From positions 124,001 through 188,000 of the forward strand of contig NIVC01000755.1 in assembly GCA_002269645.1 (NCBI GenBank): a stretch of 64,000 nt of DNA, given 5' to 3'. A model generated the notes under the pieces. That model was not told where the DNA came from. It saw nothing but the letters and a program-made list of their open reading frames with translations, and ran no database searches. Position 1 is the stretch's first letter; each line of letters opens with the position of its first letter. The position numbers and the translations under genes were made by a program. Shown here piece after piece: positions 47,841 to 60,093 of this stretch. This DNA is from Macrostomum lignano. Lineage: Eukaryota.

Positions 47841-50800
47841 CTAGCAATCTAGTGCGGCCCCCCTTCGGGGCGCCCAATAAGAAAGGAGCAAAAATAGTTC
47901 ATGGAAAACAATAAAAAAACACATTTTCTTAAACACTAATTCCTTCTTCACATTTTAAAAATCACCTTATTCGTGTAAAATTGTCACGGACTAAGATGTT
48001 TGCAAAATTAAAAAATCACTTTTTCTCTAAAATTAACAAACAGTCAACAAAATATCGTTTCCCTAAATAGAAAATATTCCCAAGACAGCAAGCAACCCCC
48101 TCCAAAAGTGAACAATCGCAGATAGCAAGCATCCTCTAATGCTCATAGCAAGAATCACCACTGATAGCAAGCATCTGCAGATTAGCAAGCACCCCCCAGA
48201 TATTATAGAAGCATCCACCCAGATAGCAAGCATTCTGCAGATAGCAAGCACCCCCAGATATTATAGAAGCATTCTGCAGATAGCAAGCACCCCCAGATAT
48301 TATAGAAGCATCCACCCAGATAGCAAGCATCCTGCAGATAGCAAGAATCCCTAAATAGCAAGCATCCTGCAGATAGCAAGAATCCCTGAATAGCAAGCAT
48401 CCCTGGATAGAAAGAATCCCATGCATGTAGCCAGTACCCCCTCTCCCAAATAGCAAGTATCCCCCCTCGAGAGCAAGCATCCACGAGACAGCAAGTAGCC
48501 AGTGCAAATGTTACTTCCGCTAATGCAATAATCGCTTTCTCAGGTTGTGCAACAATCCACGTCTCAGCGAGCGCAATAATCTCTTTTTTAGACAGCGCAG
48601 TAATCAGCTTCTCAGCTAGTGCAATAATCCTTGGTTTATTAATAGCAATAATCCTTGATTAATCAAGTGCAATAATCCTTGGTTTATCAAGTGCAATAAT
48701 CCTTGGTTTATCAAGTGCAGTAATCTTTGGCTTATAAAGTGCAATAATCCTTGGTTTATCAAGTGCAATAATCCTTTGTTTATCAAGTGCAATAATCCTT
48801 GGTTTATCAAGTGCAATAATCCTTGGTTTATTAAGTGCAATAATCCTTGGTTTATTAAGTGCAATAATCCTTGGTTTATCTAGCGCAGTAATCCTTGGCT
48901 TATCAGGTGCAATAATCCTTGGTTTATCAAGTGCAATATTTGTTTATCAAGTGCAATAATCCTTGGTTTATCAAGTGAAATAATCCTTGGTTTATCAAGT
49001 GCAATAATCCTTGGCTTATCAACTGCAATAATCCTTGGTTTATCAAGCGCAGTAATCTTTGGCCTATCAAGTGCAATAATCCTTGGTTTATCAAGTGCAG
49101 TAATCCTTGGCCTATCAAGTGCAATAATCCTTGGTTTATCAAGTGCAATAATCCTTGGTTTATCAAGTGTAATAATCCTTGGTTTATCAAGTGCAATAAT
49201 CCTTGGCTTATCAACTGCAATAATCCTTGGTTTATCAAGTGCAATAATCCTTGGTTTATCAAGCGCAGTAATCCTTGGCCTATCAAGTGCAATAATCCTT
49301 GGCTTATCAAGTGCAATAATCCTTGGTTTATCAAGTGCAATAATCCTTGGTTTATCAAGTGCAGTAATCCTTAGCCTATCAAGTGCAATAATCCTTGGTT
49401 TGCCAAGAGCAATAATCCTTAGTTTATCGAGTGCAGTAATCCTTAGTTTTCCAAGTGCAGTAATCCTTGGTTTATTAAGAGCAATAATCCTTGGCTTATC
49501 GAGTGCAGTAATCCTTGGTTTGCCAAGAGCAATAATCCTTGGTTTATCAAGTGCAATAATCCTTGGTTTATCAAGTGCAATAATCCTTGGTTTATCAAGT
49601 GCAATAATCCTTGGTTTATCAGATGCAATAATCCTTGGCTTATCAACTGCAATAATCCTTGGTTTATCAAGTGCATTAATCCTTGGCTTATCAAGTGCAA
49701 TAATCCTTGGTTTATCAAGTGCAATAATCCTTGGTTTATCAAGCGCAGTAATCTTTGGCCTATCAAGTGCAATAATCCTTTGTTTATCAAGTGCAATAAT
49801 CCTTGGTTTATCAAGTGCAATAATCTTTGGTTTATCAGATGCAATAATCCTTGGCTTATCAACTGCAATAATCATTGGTTTAGCAAGTGCAATAATCCTT
49901 GGCTTATCAAGTGCAATAATCCTTGGTTTATCAAGTGCAATAATCCTTGGTTTATCAAGCGCAGTAATTTTTGGCCTATCAAGTGCAATAATCCTTGGTT
50001 TATCAAGTGCAGTAATCCTTGGCCTATCAAGTGCAATAATCCTTGGTTTATCAAGTGCAATAGTCTTTGGTTTATCGAGTGCAGTAATCCTTAGTTTTCC
50101 AAGTGCAGTAATCCTTGGTTTATTAAGAGCAATAATCCTTGGTTTATCGAGTGGAGTAGTCCTTGGTTTATTAATATCAATAATCCTTGAATAATCCAGT
50201 GCATTAATCCTTGGCTTATCAAGTGCAACATTCTTTACTATCAAGTGCAATAATCCATGGCTTATCAAGTGCAATAATCCTTGGCTTATCAAGTGCAATA
50301 ATCCTTGGTTTATCAAGTGCAATAATCCTTTGTTTATCAAGTGCAATAATCCTTTGTTTATCAAGTGCAATAATCCTTTGTTTATCAAGTGCAATAATCC
50401 TTGGTTTATCAAGCGCAGTAATCCTTGGCTTATCAAGTGCAATAATCCTTGGTTTATCAAGTGCAATAATCCTTGGTTTATCAAGCGCAGTAATCTTTGG
50501 CCTATCAAGTGCAATAATCCTTGGTTTATCAAGTGCAGTAATCCTTGGCCTATCAAGTGCAATATTCCTTGGTTTATCAAGTGCAATAGTCCTTGGTTTA
50601 TCGAGTGCAGTAATCCTTGGTTTTCCAAGTGCAATAATCCTTGGCTTCTTGAGTGCAGTAATCCTTGGTTTGCCAAGAGCAATAGTCCTTGGTTTATCGA
50701 GTGCAGTAATCCTTGGTTTTCCAAGTGCAGTAATCCTTGGTTTATTAATAGCAATAATCCTTGGCTTCTTGAGTGCAGTAATCCTTGGTTTGCCAAGAGC

Positions 50801-51779
50801 AATAGTCCTTGGTTTATCGAGTGCAGTAATCCTTGGTTTTCCAAGTGCAATAATCCTTGGCTTCCTGAGTGCAGTAATCCTTGGTTTGCCAAGAGCAATA
50901 GTCCTTGGTTTATCGAGTGCAGTAATCCTTGGTTTTCCAAGTGCAGTAATCCTTGGTTTATTAATAGCAATAATCCTTGATTAATCAAGTGCAGTAATCT
51001 TTGGTTTGCCAAGAGCAATAGTCCTTGGTTTATCGAGTGCAGTAGTCCTTGGTTTATTAATAGCAATAATCCTTGGCTTATCGAGTGCAGTAATCTAAGT
51101 GTTTTTATTTAGTCCTTTAATAAAACCTTTTAATAAAAAAATTTACACTACTACTTTTAAACTACTTAGATTCGAACCTAGGTCGCTGCATTAGCAGTCT
51201 GGTCTGTTCAGCTCTAGGCTAGCTCTCATCGAAGTTATCAGTGATGTTGTACCACTTATATAATTCAACACTCACACCAAGTCAGGTAGAGTAAAAAGTC
51301 TCACGAAGCAGTTATGACATAATCAATTTCTTAGGCAAGTCAGTACCAGTGTCTATGAAAGTTTACAATATGGTTACGTAATATAAATTCAGTACTGCGC
51401 TATGCTTTCACACTCAAAGCTGTGACGCAATTCAATTGAGTGTCAAATTCAGCCAGTACACAGACGATAAATAAAGTGTATTGTGATGCAATCTATTTCA
51501 GAATCAGAATTCAACCAGTCAGTTTTTCTGCTAGCATTCTTACGATGCATTTCAAGTCGAAAGAGCTGCTTGACCTTTGCAAAAAAGCATGTTTTTCGAA
51601 TATTTAATCCCTTTAGCATCAAGCAATTTCTTAGCCACGATGCATGTACTGTCACGGGAAAATTTCTGATCGAACAGTGCAAGTTCGAAGAAAATCGGTT
51701 GAGCCGTTTTTGCTAAAATCGATCACACACACACACATACACACACACACATACCGACAGACCATTTTTAGTATATGGA
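47841..51779 (-). mobile_element. Family B Helitron E4 (gamma type)
   Basis: 3' CTAG at 47841 with a CCCC-TTC-GGGG-type hairpin; 5' TCCATATACTAAA at 51779; (TG)n microsatellite. Confidence 0.9.
48615..51097. repeat. 24-bp minisatellite AAGTGCA(A/G)TAATCCTTGG(T/C)TTATC
   Basis: Direct reading; also at 59291-60033 and 60558-61741. Confidence 0.97.
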
Positions 51780-54266
51780 AGCAATCTAGCGCCCCCCTTC
51801 GGGGTGGCCAATAAGCAAGGGACGAATCCTTTAAAATGAAAAGAATTCTTAGGGAGGGGGCTAGGAATCGAATTCTCATTTTAATTCTGGGGCTTATGTA
51901 CCAATAAAACATGCTTGTGTAGAATTTTAAAACTGACAATTCAACCTACTTGCCTTCTTTCAGAGCAATAGCGTACTACTTCTGTTGCGGTGCAAACAGT
52001 ACGCTCTGCAACGGCTGGAAAAGCAACTACAGCTAAAAAAAAATTTGTTTCCCAAAGGCCAAAGGCAACAGTTGCCTATCATGCAGGGAGTCACTGGCGT
52101 TGCACCAATTTTAATGATGTCTGCTTCTAACTGTTTTAACGGTTACGAACAAACATTGGCGTCGACAATGTTATTGTATTTGGAGCAGAGTATTTGTTAG
52201 TAGATATTGCTTGGTACAATGACTTATCAATAATTGGTTTGACTTGCTTAAAGTATTGTTTCCGTAATTTAGATTTTGTACCTTTGTCACTTTTACAATT
52301 GCGACTCAAATAGCCAATATTTTCCCACAGCCTAATTTCCTTTTAGCTACAGTTCTTTTTTGCAGTTTGCAAGTGCTCCCAACCCTTTTCATCTTTATTC
52401 TTTCACACGGTAATTAAAATGCAATTTTATTTTAAGTCACTCGCCACTCAACTCTAGGAACTTATAGTTTTCTAGCAGTTTTTCGTCCACATGTAAGTTA
52501 TTTTACGACTTTGGTTTGACCCATTTTGCAAATAATGCATACAACTTTGAAATACATGGATTCACAGCTCTGGTTAACTGATGCAATATATCTGTGCGAC
52601 TCGTACACTAAATTCTTCATCGACATATTCAACTCTACTTGATTAATTCCTTAACTGCGGAAACAAGTGTGTGATTAATGTATAGATTTTTAACGTAATA
52701 AAAACGAACCTGTGCTTGGGCCGCTTTCACTCTCATTACCCCAGATAATAGGGGATAGGCGGCATAGGCCAGTGTACTTAGCATGTACTACGCTTTGGAA
52801 AAAATTCTCAACCAAACTTTTCTATCTGCCTGACAAGACTGTACTATCATATACGCCTACCCATTCCCCCAGGGGGGAAACGCCAGTGTACTTAGCAACG
52901 TACAGTGTCGGAATAACTTCTTCATTTGCGCCCCAGCCGGTGGAGAGGGGCGCAGTCAGCCATTAGCGGAAACAAGTACAACAAAGTATATACTACGCTC
53001 ATAACTACATATACTTAAAGTACATGTGAAACACTGCAACCCGCAGCTGCCATATTGATCACACACCCAAATCTGTACATTTAAAGCAATCTAACTAACA
53101 AAAAATCAGAATGGCTGACAATAAATATTTTAGTATATAATTTTTTTTTAATTTTTCATTCTTCTTTACAGTCACAAATTAGGGAGCAGTCCCCCATTAA
53201 TTAGTACTCAATAATCCTTTCCTCTGCGTATTCCGACGAAAACAAGAAAAACTCTGCACTGTAATGTTAATAGCAAATTTAAAAACGCAATCAAATGCAA
53301 GTAGTCTTTTTATTTACTCTGTATATTTACAATTGCAAAGTCAAAAGGATAGGAACTATAAGATGTTTTTGCAGAAGGCTTCGCCAACAAGATGGTACCA
53401 TTGCACAAATTCTGTTACGAATTTTTCATTGGTGTCAATCTTACCACTTGTTGGCTTGCTTTAGTCTGCACAGCTGGACAGAGGCATTCACTTGGGGCAT
53501 GTAAATTTCAGGCATTACTAATGAGCATGTAAGAACAGTTTGCAACCCTCCTCTTTTTTCAACCAGGCTTGGGACTGGCTTCGGCAGAGTTAAAGCCATC
53601 ACAAGAGACTATCTGGGGTTTGCAAAGGCTGCTTCAAACCCCACTGGCTGCATTTGCATGTACGAGGGCCATTCCAAAAGTTCATGCAATCAGACAATTT
53701 CCCCCACCACAAAGAGCTGCTAGTTTGAGCTTCTATCACCGCACTACCAGACTCTCTGGCCGAACCCCTCAGCAGAATATGGACAGGATTCTTACTGAAC
53801 TATCAAGACTGTCTCTGGCTCAACCCCTCAATCAGAATATTAATCAGAATTTTCCTATCGCTTTGGGACAGGACTCTTATTGAGCTTTTATCATCCAACT
53901 TTACGACTATCTCCAGCTCAACCCCTCAATCAGAAAATTAATTGATTGAATTTAAATATCGCCTGGAAAATGAGTCCAATAACTTCACGAATAAATAGAA
54001 TTCGCACTCTAATCAACGGGCACACATAACACAAAATCTATTCCTTAATCTGCACAAATGCACCGATAATTACCATGAACTTCTGGATTGGCCCACGTAT
54101 TAGAGTGGAAGAAATCTACCAGGGACATACAAAGCAGCGAAATGTCCATTTCAACCAACTCTCTGTCAGGCCCAGCACGTCTGCAGCCAGCCTGCTATCA
54201 ACATTGGCAATGGCAAAAATACACCCTGCGATAATGTAACACTTCATCCTTAATGTTCTAATGAAG

Positions 54267-54890
54267 ATAGCTGACATTCTCAGAACTCCCCATTAGCTGA
54301 CATTCTCAGAAGTCCCATTAGCTGAAATTCTCAAAACTCCCATTAGCTGACATTCTCAGATATCCCATTAGCTGACATTCTCAGAACTCCATTAGCTGAC
54401 ATTCTCAGAAATCCCATTAGCTGACATTCTCAGAAATCCCATTAGCGGAAATTCTCAGAACTCCCATTAGCTGACATTCTCAGATATCCCATTAGCTGAA
54501 ATTCTCAGAAATCCCATTAGCTGACATTCTCAGAAATCCCATTAGCTGAAATTCTCAGAAATCCCATTAGCTGACATTCTTAGATATCCCATTACCTGAA
54601 ATTCTCAGATATCCCATTAGCTTAGCTGAAATTCTCAGATAGCCCATTAGCTGACATTTTCAGGTATCCCAATAGCTGACATTCTCAGAAATCCCATTAG
54701 CTGAAATTCTCAGAACTCCCATTAGCTGACATTCTCAGAACTCCCATTAGCTGACATTCTCAGAACTCCCATTAGCTGACATTCTCAGATATCCCATTAC
54801 CTGAAATTCTCAGATATCCCATTAGCTTAGCTGAAATTCTCAGACATCCCATTAGCTGAAATTTTCGGAATGTCCATTAAAGAAATTCTT
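54267..54890. repeat. 25-bp minisatellite CCCATTAGCTGA(C/A)ATTCTCAGA(A/T)(A/C)T
   Basis: About 24 copies, direct reading. Confidence 0.95.
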
Positions 54891-55385
54891 AGACTGTTAT
54901 TAGATTAGACTATTGGGGTACCAAAACTACTATTAATCTAGTTTACCTATATATCTTAAATAGCCCATATCCTAAATTTTAGTCTCCAAATTTGACTTAC
55001 GCACCCAATCTAAAGGTACTTCATATTCATGCCAATGCCAATGCAGCAGGAATTTTAGCATCTAGGGCCTAGGTAGCAATTCTTTTTCCATGCTAAAATT
55101 TACTTGTGATGGCTTTTCAACACATGTTCTTCAATAACTCACTGATTTCTTGAACTGCCAGAGAAATCTTCGCACGACATTCTGCTCGTTTCATCCGCCT
55201 GCGTACTCCAGTCGATTCGTGTTGACTCGAGTTGGCTCTCACCAGACGGCACCAGTCTGTATAGTTTCTGTCGAAAGGTAAAATTAATCAACAAAAATTT
55301 ACAATTTGCTTAAAACAGAATTTTATACATTATTGATCGAGTAATATACAATACTGTAGTAAGTTAGAGTGCATATAGATCTGTA

Positions 55386-56682
55386 CTACAGAAAGATACT
55401 AAACACTAAATAAGTTACATGTACAACGAACACGCGCACCTTTACTCCTTCTCCAAAGTCCAAGACAATTTCGTCTACATCCCGAAAGGATTCGTGCGAA
55501 ACCGGTAGTTGGATAACAACTCGCCTGTTGTTTCCCCTTTGGTCAGAAGAGCCGCCAACCGCGCCTGATGTACACGGAGCACCCAGAGGTTGAAACTCAG
55601 TATCGCTCTGCTTAGCATTCGTGTACCAGTCAGTCAAAGTCGTAACCTCGGTGTCGTCCGAGTTGCGCCGAACTTCAGAGCAAGTACATCCAAGTACAAC
55701 AGCGCCGGCGTACTCCTGTACTTTTGCTCGTCGTATCGACAAAATTTCGCCGACACTCCAATTGACAGCTTGATCGGAGGACGACCCCCAAAACGTGCAG
55801 GAGACAGAACGACAGGACTGGTCAACAAGAGTTACTTTGGCTACGTTTATGCGCTTCCCAGCCTTCGTCATGACTTCCTCGGGCGGCTGCAGTGTGTCGA
55901 TTGCTCCAAGGACATCGACATTTCTAATAAAAGGCAATAAAGAGGGAACAGTTATAAAAGTTTTTTAAAGTCTCAAAACGCTTTTTGAAGTTCATTTGAA
56001 TCCTACCTACATCAATAGACTAATGAATATAATGGACTGCTAGTCTAGCCAACATCAAGGGATGAAGGCACAGAACAGAATGGATTGCTAATCTAGTCAA
56101 AATAATTTATAAAAGCCGAACATACACAACAGTGCTACACAATTGCCTATACAATTCACATTTTCTATACTATTTTTTCTATTATACATATAATAATATT
56201 GTATACTGTCTGTCTATACAATACATACAAGTAGATAGATACAATGCAACTCACTCTTGCAGGCGTACGTTTTGAAGGTCGCTTATTCCCGTATAGTTAC
56301 ACGCCCGTTCACTAACACTCGGAACTTCATTGCTTCGATATATTGATCCCTTGGAGTCAACTGAAAGAGACACCTCCATAGGATTATTCGTGCTGTTGTA
56401 TCTCGGATCCGAAGTCTTTACCATACCGCCGGCTATGCGAACAGCATCGGAAGTATTGCAAACTTCCCAAATAGACCGCAGGTCCTTGCCGAAAACGCTG
56501 ACTCTCATCTCAGCCGAGTCGTCCACCAAGACGAATGAAAAAACTTCGCATCGAACATCGTTCTTCATGTACGACCTGATCTCCTTCAACTCGGTTACAA
56601 GGCCAGTAACCGCTGTATTCATGTAGCCCAGTTTCAGGCCAGAGATTTTGGCCTTAATCTTCTTGGTGATTGTAGACGCCAT
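55386..56682 (-). CDS. RPA70-like ssDNA-binding protein, two OB folds, spliced (exon 56682-56255, intron 56254-55924, exon 55923-~55400; possible third exon from 55267)
   Basis: OB-A pattern FSFVLVDDSAEMRVSVF...GGMVK..DPRYN and OB-B pattern VDVLG..TLVDQS...CTFWG...KVQEYAG...LTDWY. GTGAGT donor and TTATTAG acceptor join in frame (LQE-NVDV). Confidence 0.88.
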
Positions 56683-57706
56683 TGTTGCTAAGTTGTTTAG
56701 TTTTAACAAAGTATAAACAAAACTTAGAAAATAGAAATAGAAATAGCTTCTAGAAATGTTGCAGTGCAAAATACTTCAGTAGAAATAGCAGGTTGAAATC
56801 ACAATTTGCAGTACATTTTGATTAAATAGTCAAGCCCACACCCCAATCACCAGCAGTCAACCCACACCACTAAACAGCCAATCAGAATGCAGATACCCCT
56901 CCCTACCCTGTCTGCAATCTTTTCGTTTCCAGACTAAATCCACTGGGGTGGGTGGGCTCTGAATATTGTGGTGTGATCTCACGACGCTAATTGAACTACC
57001 ACGGCCAACCCCTCTCAACGTTGTCTGCGACTTATCGTTTTTCACACTCATGAAGAGCAGCATAAACTTTATTAGTCATTTATCCAGTTCATCTGAACTT
57101 GTTTGTGTTTACTCCATTTTCTCACCCTCTCTATCTAATTCAGTATTCTTATTCTTTTCTCTGTTTGTAGCCGCCGTCTCATTAGCTCTATAATCTCGCG
57201 CCTATCTCCACCACCCCTCCTAATTCTTACTTGCAATCAACCCTAACCCCGGAGTTTACACCTGAGTCATTGCAATGACTAAGAAAGTAGCAACAATTAA
57301 AAAGTGCAGGGTATTCTGTGTTGTTTACCGCTTCAAACTGGTTTTGATTCAACCTCCCCAGGCCCAGCTTGGCTTTAGTCACCCAACCAACACTGTGCTC
57401 TCACCCCTTCTCTCTGTCCAGTGTGAGCTTCACCCTAAGCCGTGCATAGCTTAGCCCCAACCCGTCCAGCCACTGCCGTCACTCTTGCTTAGCTTCATTT
57501 GTCCACCTCAGCCCTAATGTTCACCTCAGCCCTAAGTGGCTAATCCCCACACGACAGGGCCAATCGGGTTGGGCCAGCACCAACCCACCCCAGAAAGTTT
57601 TGCTATATATATATGTATTGTAGATTCTTACTCTACGCCAACTTAAGATATCCAAACAAATTATCAGTGCAAAGATATAATCTAGAGCAAAACACTATCT
57701 ATTATC

Positions 57707-58238
57707 ATGAAAATCACAATTATTGAAAGAGGCGCCGGCTGCCGTCGCCAGGGCCAACCTCGCAAAAGTAAGTATCTTATGGATTGTTTCTGCTTTTTCA
57801 TACCTCTCCAGAGTTTCACTGTAGAATGTAGAATTTCTATAAATACAGAACGCTAATACACACATTGGCTTCCTCTCTTCTTGACTCTTTAAAGCAAACA
57901 AACCAATCTTAGTCAAATTAAGTTATGAATTTTATTAAGTTATTAGTGAATTTTATTTTTAACACTATGCTTAAGTATAGCTAAATCAAATCATACTTAA
58001 ACTGACAATTTCACCATACCTGCCCAATTTCCTAGAAATATCGTGCTACTTCTGTGGCGGAGGCCATAGAGTGGCCAAATGCGAAGCACTCAAAAAGTAC
58101 AACCGCCAACAGCAGCAGCTGCAGCAGCAGGAGCAGCAGCAGGAGCAGCAGCAGCAGCAGCAGCAGCAGGAGCAGCAGCAGAAGCAGAGCGAGCGCCAAG
58201 AGCAGCAGGGGCAGCAGGAGCAACAGCAGGAAAATTAA
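57707..58238 (+). CDS. Predicted two-exon 87-aa protein: zinc knuckle (CX2CX3HX4C) plus poly-Q/E tail (exons 57707-57767, 58036-58238)
   Basis: GTAAGT donor and TTTCCTAG acceptor give MKITIIERGAGCRRQGQPRKKISCYFCGGGHRVAKCEALKKYNRQQQQ...EN*. CCAAT (~57560) and TATATA (~57604) lie upstream. Confidence 0.6.
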
Positions 58239-59541
58239 CTAAATTGACTTTATTCTAAACTGTGTTCTAAAATTCTAAATCTTAATCATAATCTTAAATA
58301 TCTTAAATATCTCAAAATAAATAATTTAATAAATTAAATAAATCTAGAATATTCTAGAGTAACTTATCTCAAATAAATTTAATTGCTTAAATTGCTGTCT
58401 TTTGTGAAATTTTCTGAACTTTCTCTTTTGAATTAGTGTAGAGGCGCATTCATTGGCGGAAACTAATATAGAACAAATTAAATCTTACTACATGTACTTA
58501 CAGTAAAACACTGCAACCTGGAACTATCATATTGATGACTCACATAAACTTGTACATTTAAAGTAATTTAACTAACCGAAATATCAGAATGGCTAACAAT
58601 AAATAAACAGTAAACTTTTTTTGCATTGCTTTTTGAAATTATAGTGTTCCAAAAATTAGGGACGTAATAAGAGAGCAGTCCCCATTGATTAATCCTTTTC
58701 TCTGCGTAATCAGACAAAAAACAAACTCGTACAAAAAAAATTTGTAGGACCTAATTGCACCATTCGACTTGATTACTCGTAAAAGAATCACTGCTCGAAC
58801 TTTGCTGAACTGCTTCGTTATTTTAGGAGTTTACTTACCTACTACTACTACTACTACTACACTACTACTACTACAACTACTACAACACGAAGCAGTTATG
58901 ACATTATCAATTTGTTAGGCAAGTCAGTAAGTACCAGTCTCTATTAAAGTGAACAATATGGTTACGCAATATAAATCAAGTATTGTGCTATGCTTCCACA
59001 CTCAACTCTGTTAATTTATTTACTCCGTATATTTACAATTGCAGTCATAAAAGGATAATAATTAAGGTGTTTCTGCAGAAGGCTTCGCCAACAAGATGGT
59101 ACCATTGCACAAATTCTGTTACGAATTTTTCATTGGTGTCAATCTTACCACTTGTTGGCTTGCTTTAGTCTGCACAGCTGGACAGAGGCATTCACTTGGG
59201 GCATGTAAATCAACCCTAACCCCGGAGTTTACACCTGAGTCATTGCAATGACTAAGAAAGTAGCAACAATTAAAAAGTGCACGGTATTCTGTAATCCTTG
59301 GTTTATTAATAGCAATAATCCTTGGCTTATCGAGTGCAGTAATTCTTGGTTTATTAATGGCAATAATCCTTGGCTTATCGAGTGCAGTAATCCTTGGTTT
59401 ATTAATAGCAATAATCCTTGATTTATCAAGTGCATTAATCCTTGGTTTATTAATAGCAATAATCCTTGGCTTCTCGAGTGCAGTAATCCTTGGTTTTCCA
59501 AGTGCAGTAATCCTTGGTTTATTAATAGCAATAATCCTTGA

Positions 59542-60093
59542 TTAATCAAGTGCATTAATCCTTGGTTTATTAATAGCAATAATCCTTGGCTTCTCGAGTG
59601 CAGTAATCCTTGGTTTTCCAAGTGCAGTAATCCTTGGTTTATTAATAGCAATAATCCTTGGCTTATCGAGTGCAGTAATCCTTGGTTTATTAACAGCAAT
59701 AATCCTTGGCTTCTCGAGTGCAGTAATCCTTGGTTTATTAATAGCAATAATCCTTGGCGTCTCGAGTGCAGTAATCCTTGGTTTTCCAAGTGCAGTAATC
59801 CTTGGTTTATTAATAGCAATAATCCTTGGCTTATTGAGTGCAGTAATCCTTGGTTTGCCAAGAGCAATAGTCCTTGATTTATCGATTGCAGTAATCCTTG
59901 GTTTATTAATAGCAATAATCCTTGGCTTCTCGAGTGCAGTAATCTTTGGTTTGCCAAGAGCAATAGTCCTTGGTTTATCGAGTGCAGTTATCCTTGGTTT
60001 ATTAATAGCAATAATCCTTGGCTTATCGAGTGCTTGGCGTTTCTTTTTGGCATCTCTGCTCTTTTTCAAAGCGCTGGTGCCACGTCGAGCCAT
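59542..60093 (-). CDS. Candidate ORF: basic leader fused in frame to the 24-bp satellite (ALDKPRII-type repeats)
   Basis: AAAATGG start; MARRGTSALKKSRDAKKKRQ leader from non-repeat DNA; TATAAAA (~60232-60239) and GC box upstream. Coding status unproven. Confidence 0.35.
   Translation of the reverse strand: MARRGTSALKKSRDAKKKRQALDKPRIIAINKPRITALDKPRTIALGKPKITALEKPRIIAINKPRITAIDKSRTIALGKPRITALNKPRIIAINKPRITALGKPRITALETPRIIAINKPRITALEKPRIIAVNKPRITALDKPRIIAINKPRITALGKPRITALEKPRIIAINKPRINALD

Noticed and set aside
48880-51066. 728-aa ORF and the LLHLINQG / SSAIILGL ORFs (also 59229-61743)
   Set aside because: Products of a stop-poor 24-bp unit open in several frames, with no leader or promoter; only the leader-fused 59542-60093 case is kept as a candidate.
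53569-53883. 104-aa plus-strand ORF in E5
   Set aside because: No ATG start or domain signal, and partly built from a local duplication.
55386-56769. Host RPA1 orthologue (gene symbol RPA1)
   Set aside because: Only two divergent OB folds, lacking the N- and C-terminal domains, and lying within Helitron termini; symbol withheld.
58032-58242. Poly-Leu and poly-Ser ORFs in the track
   Set aside because: Alternative frames of the CAG repeat; the third plus-strand frame (zinc knuckle + poly-Q) has splice support.
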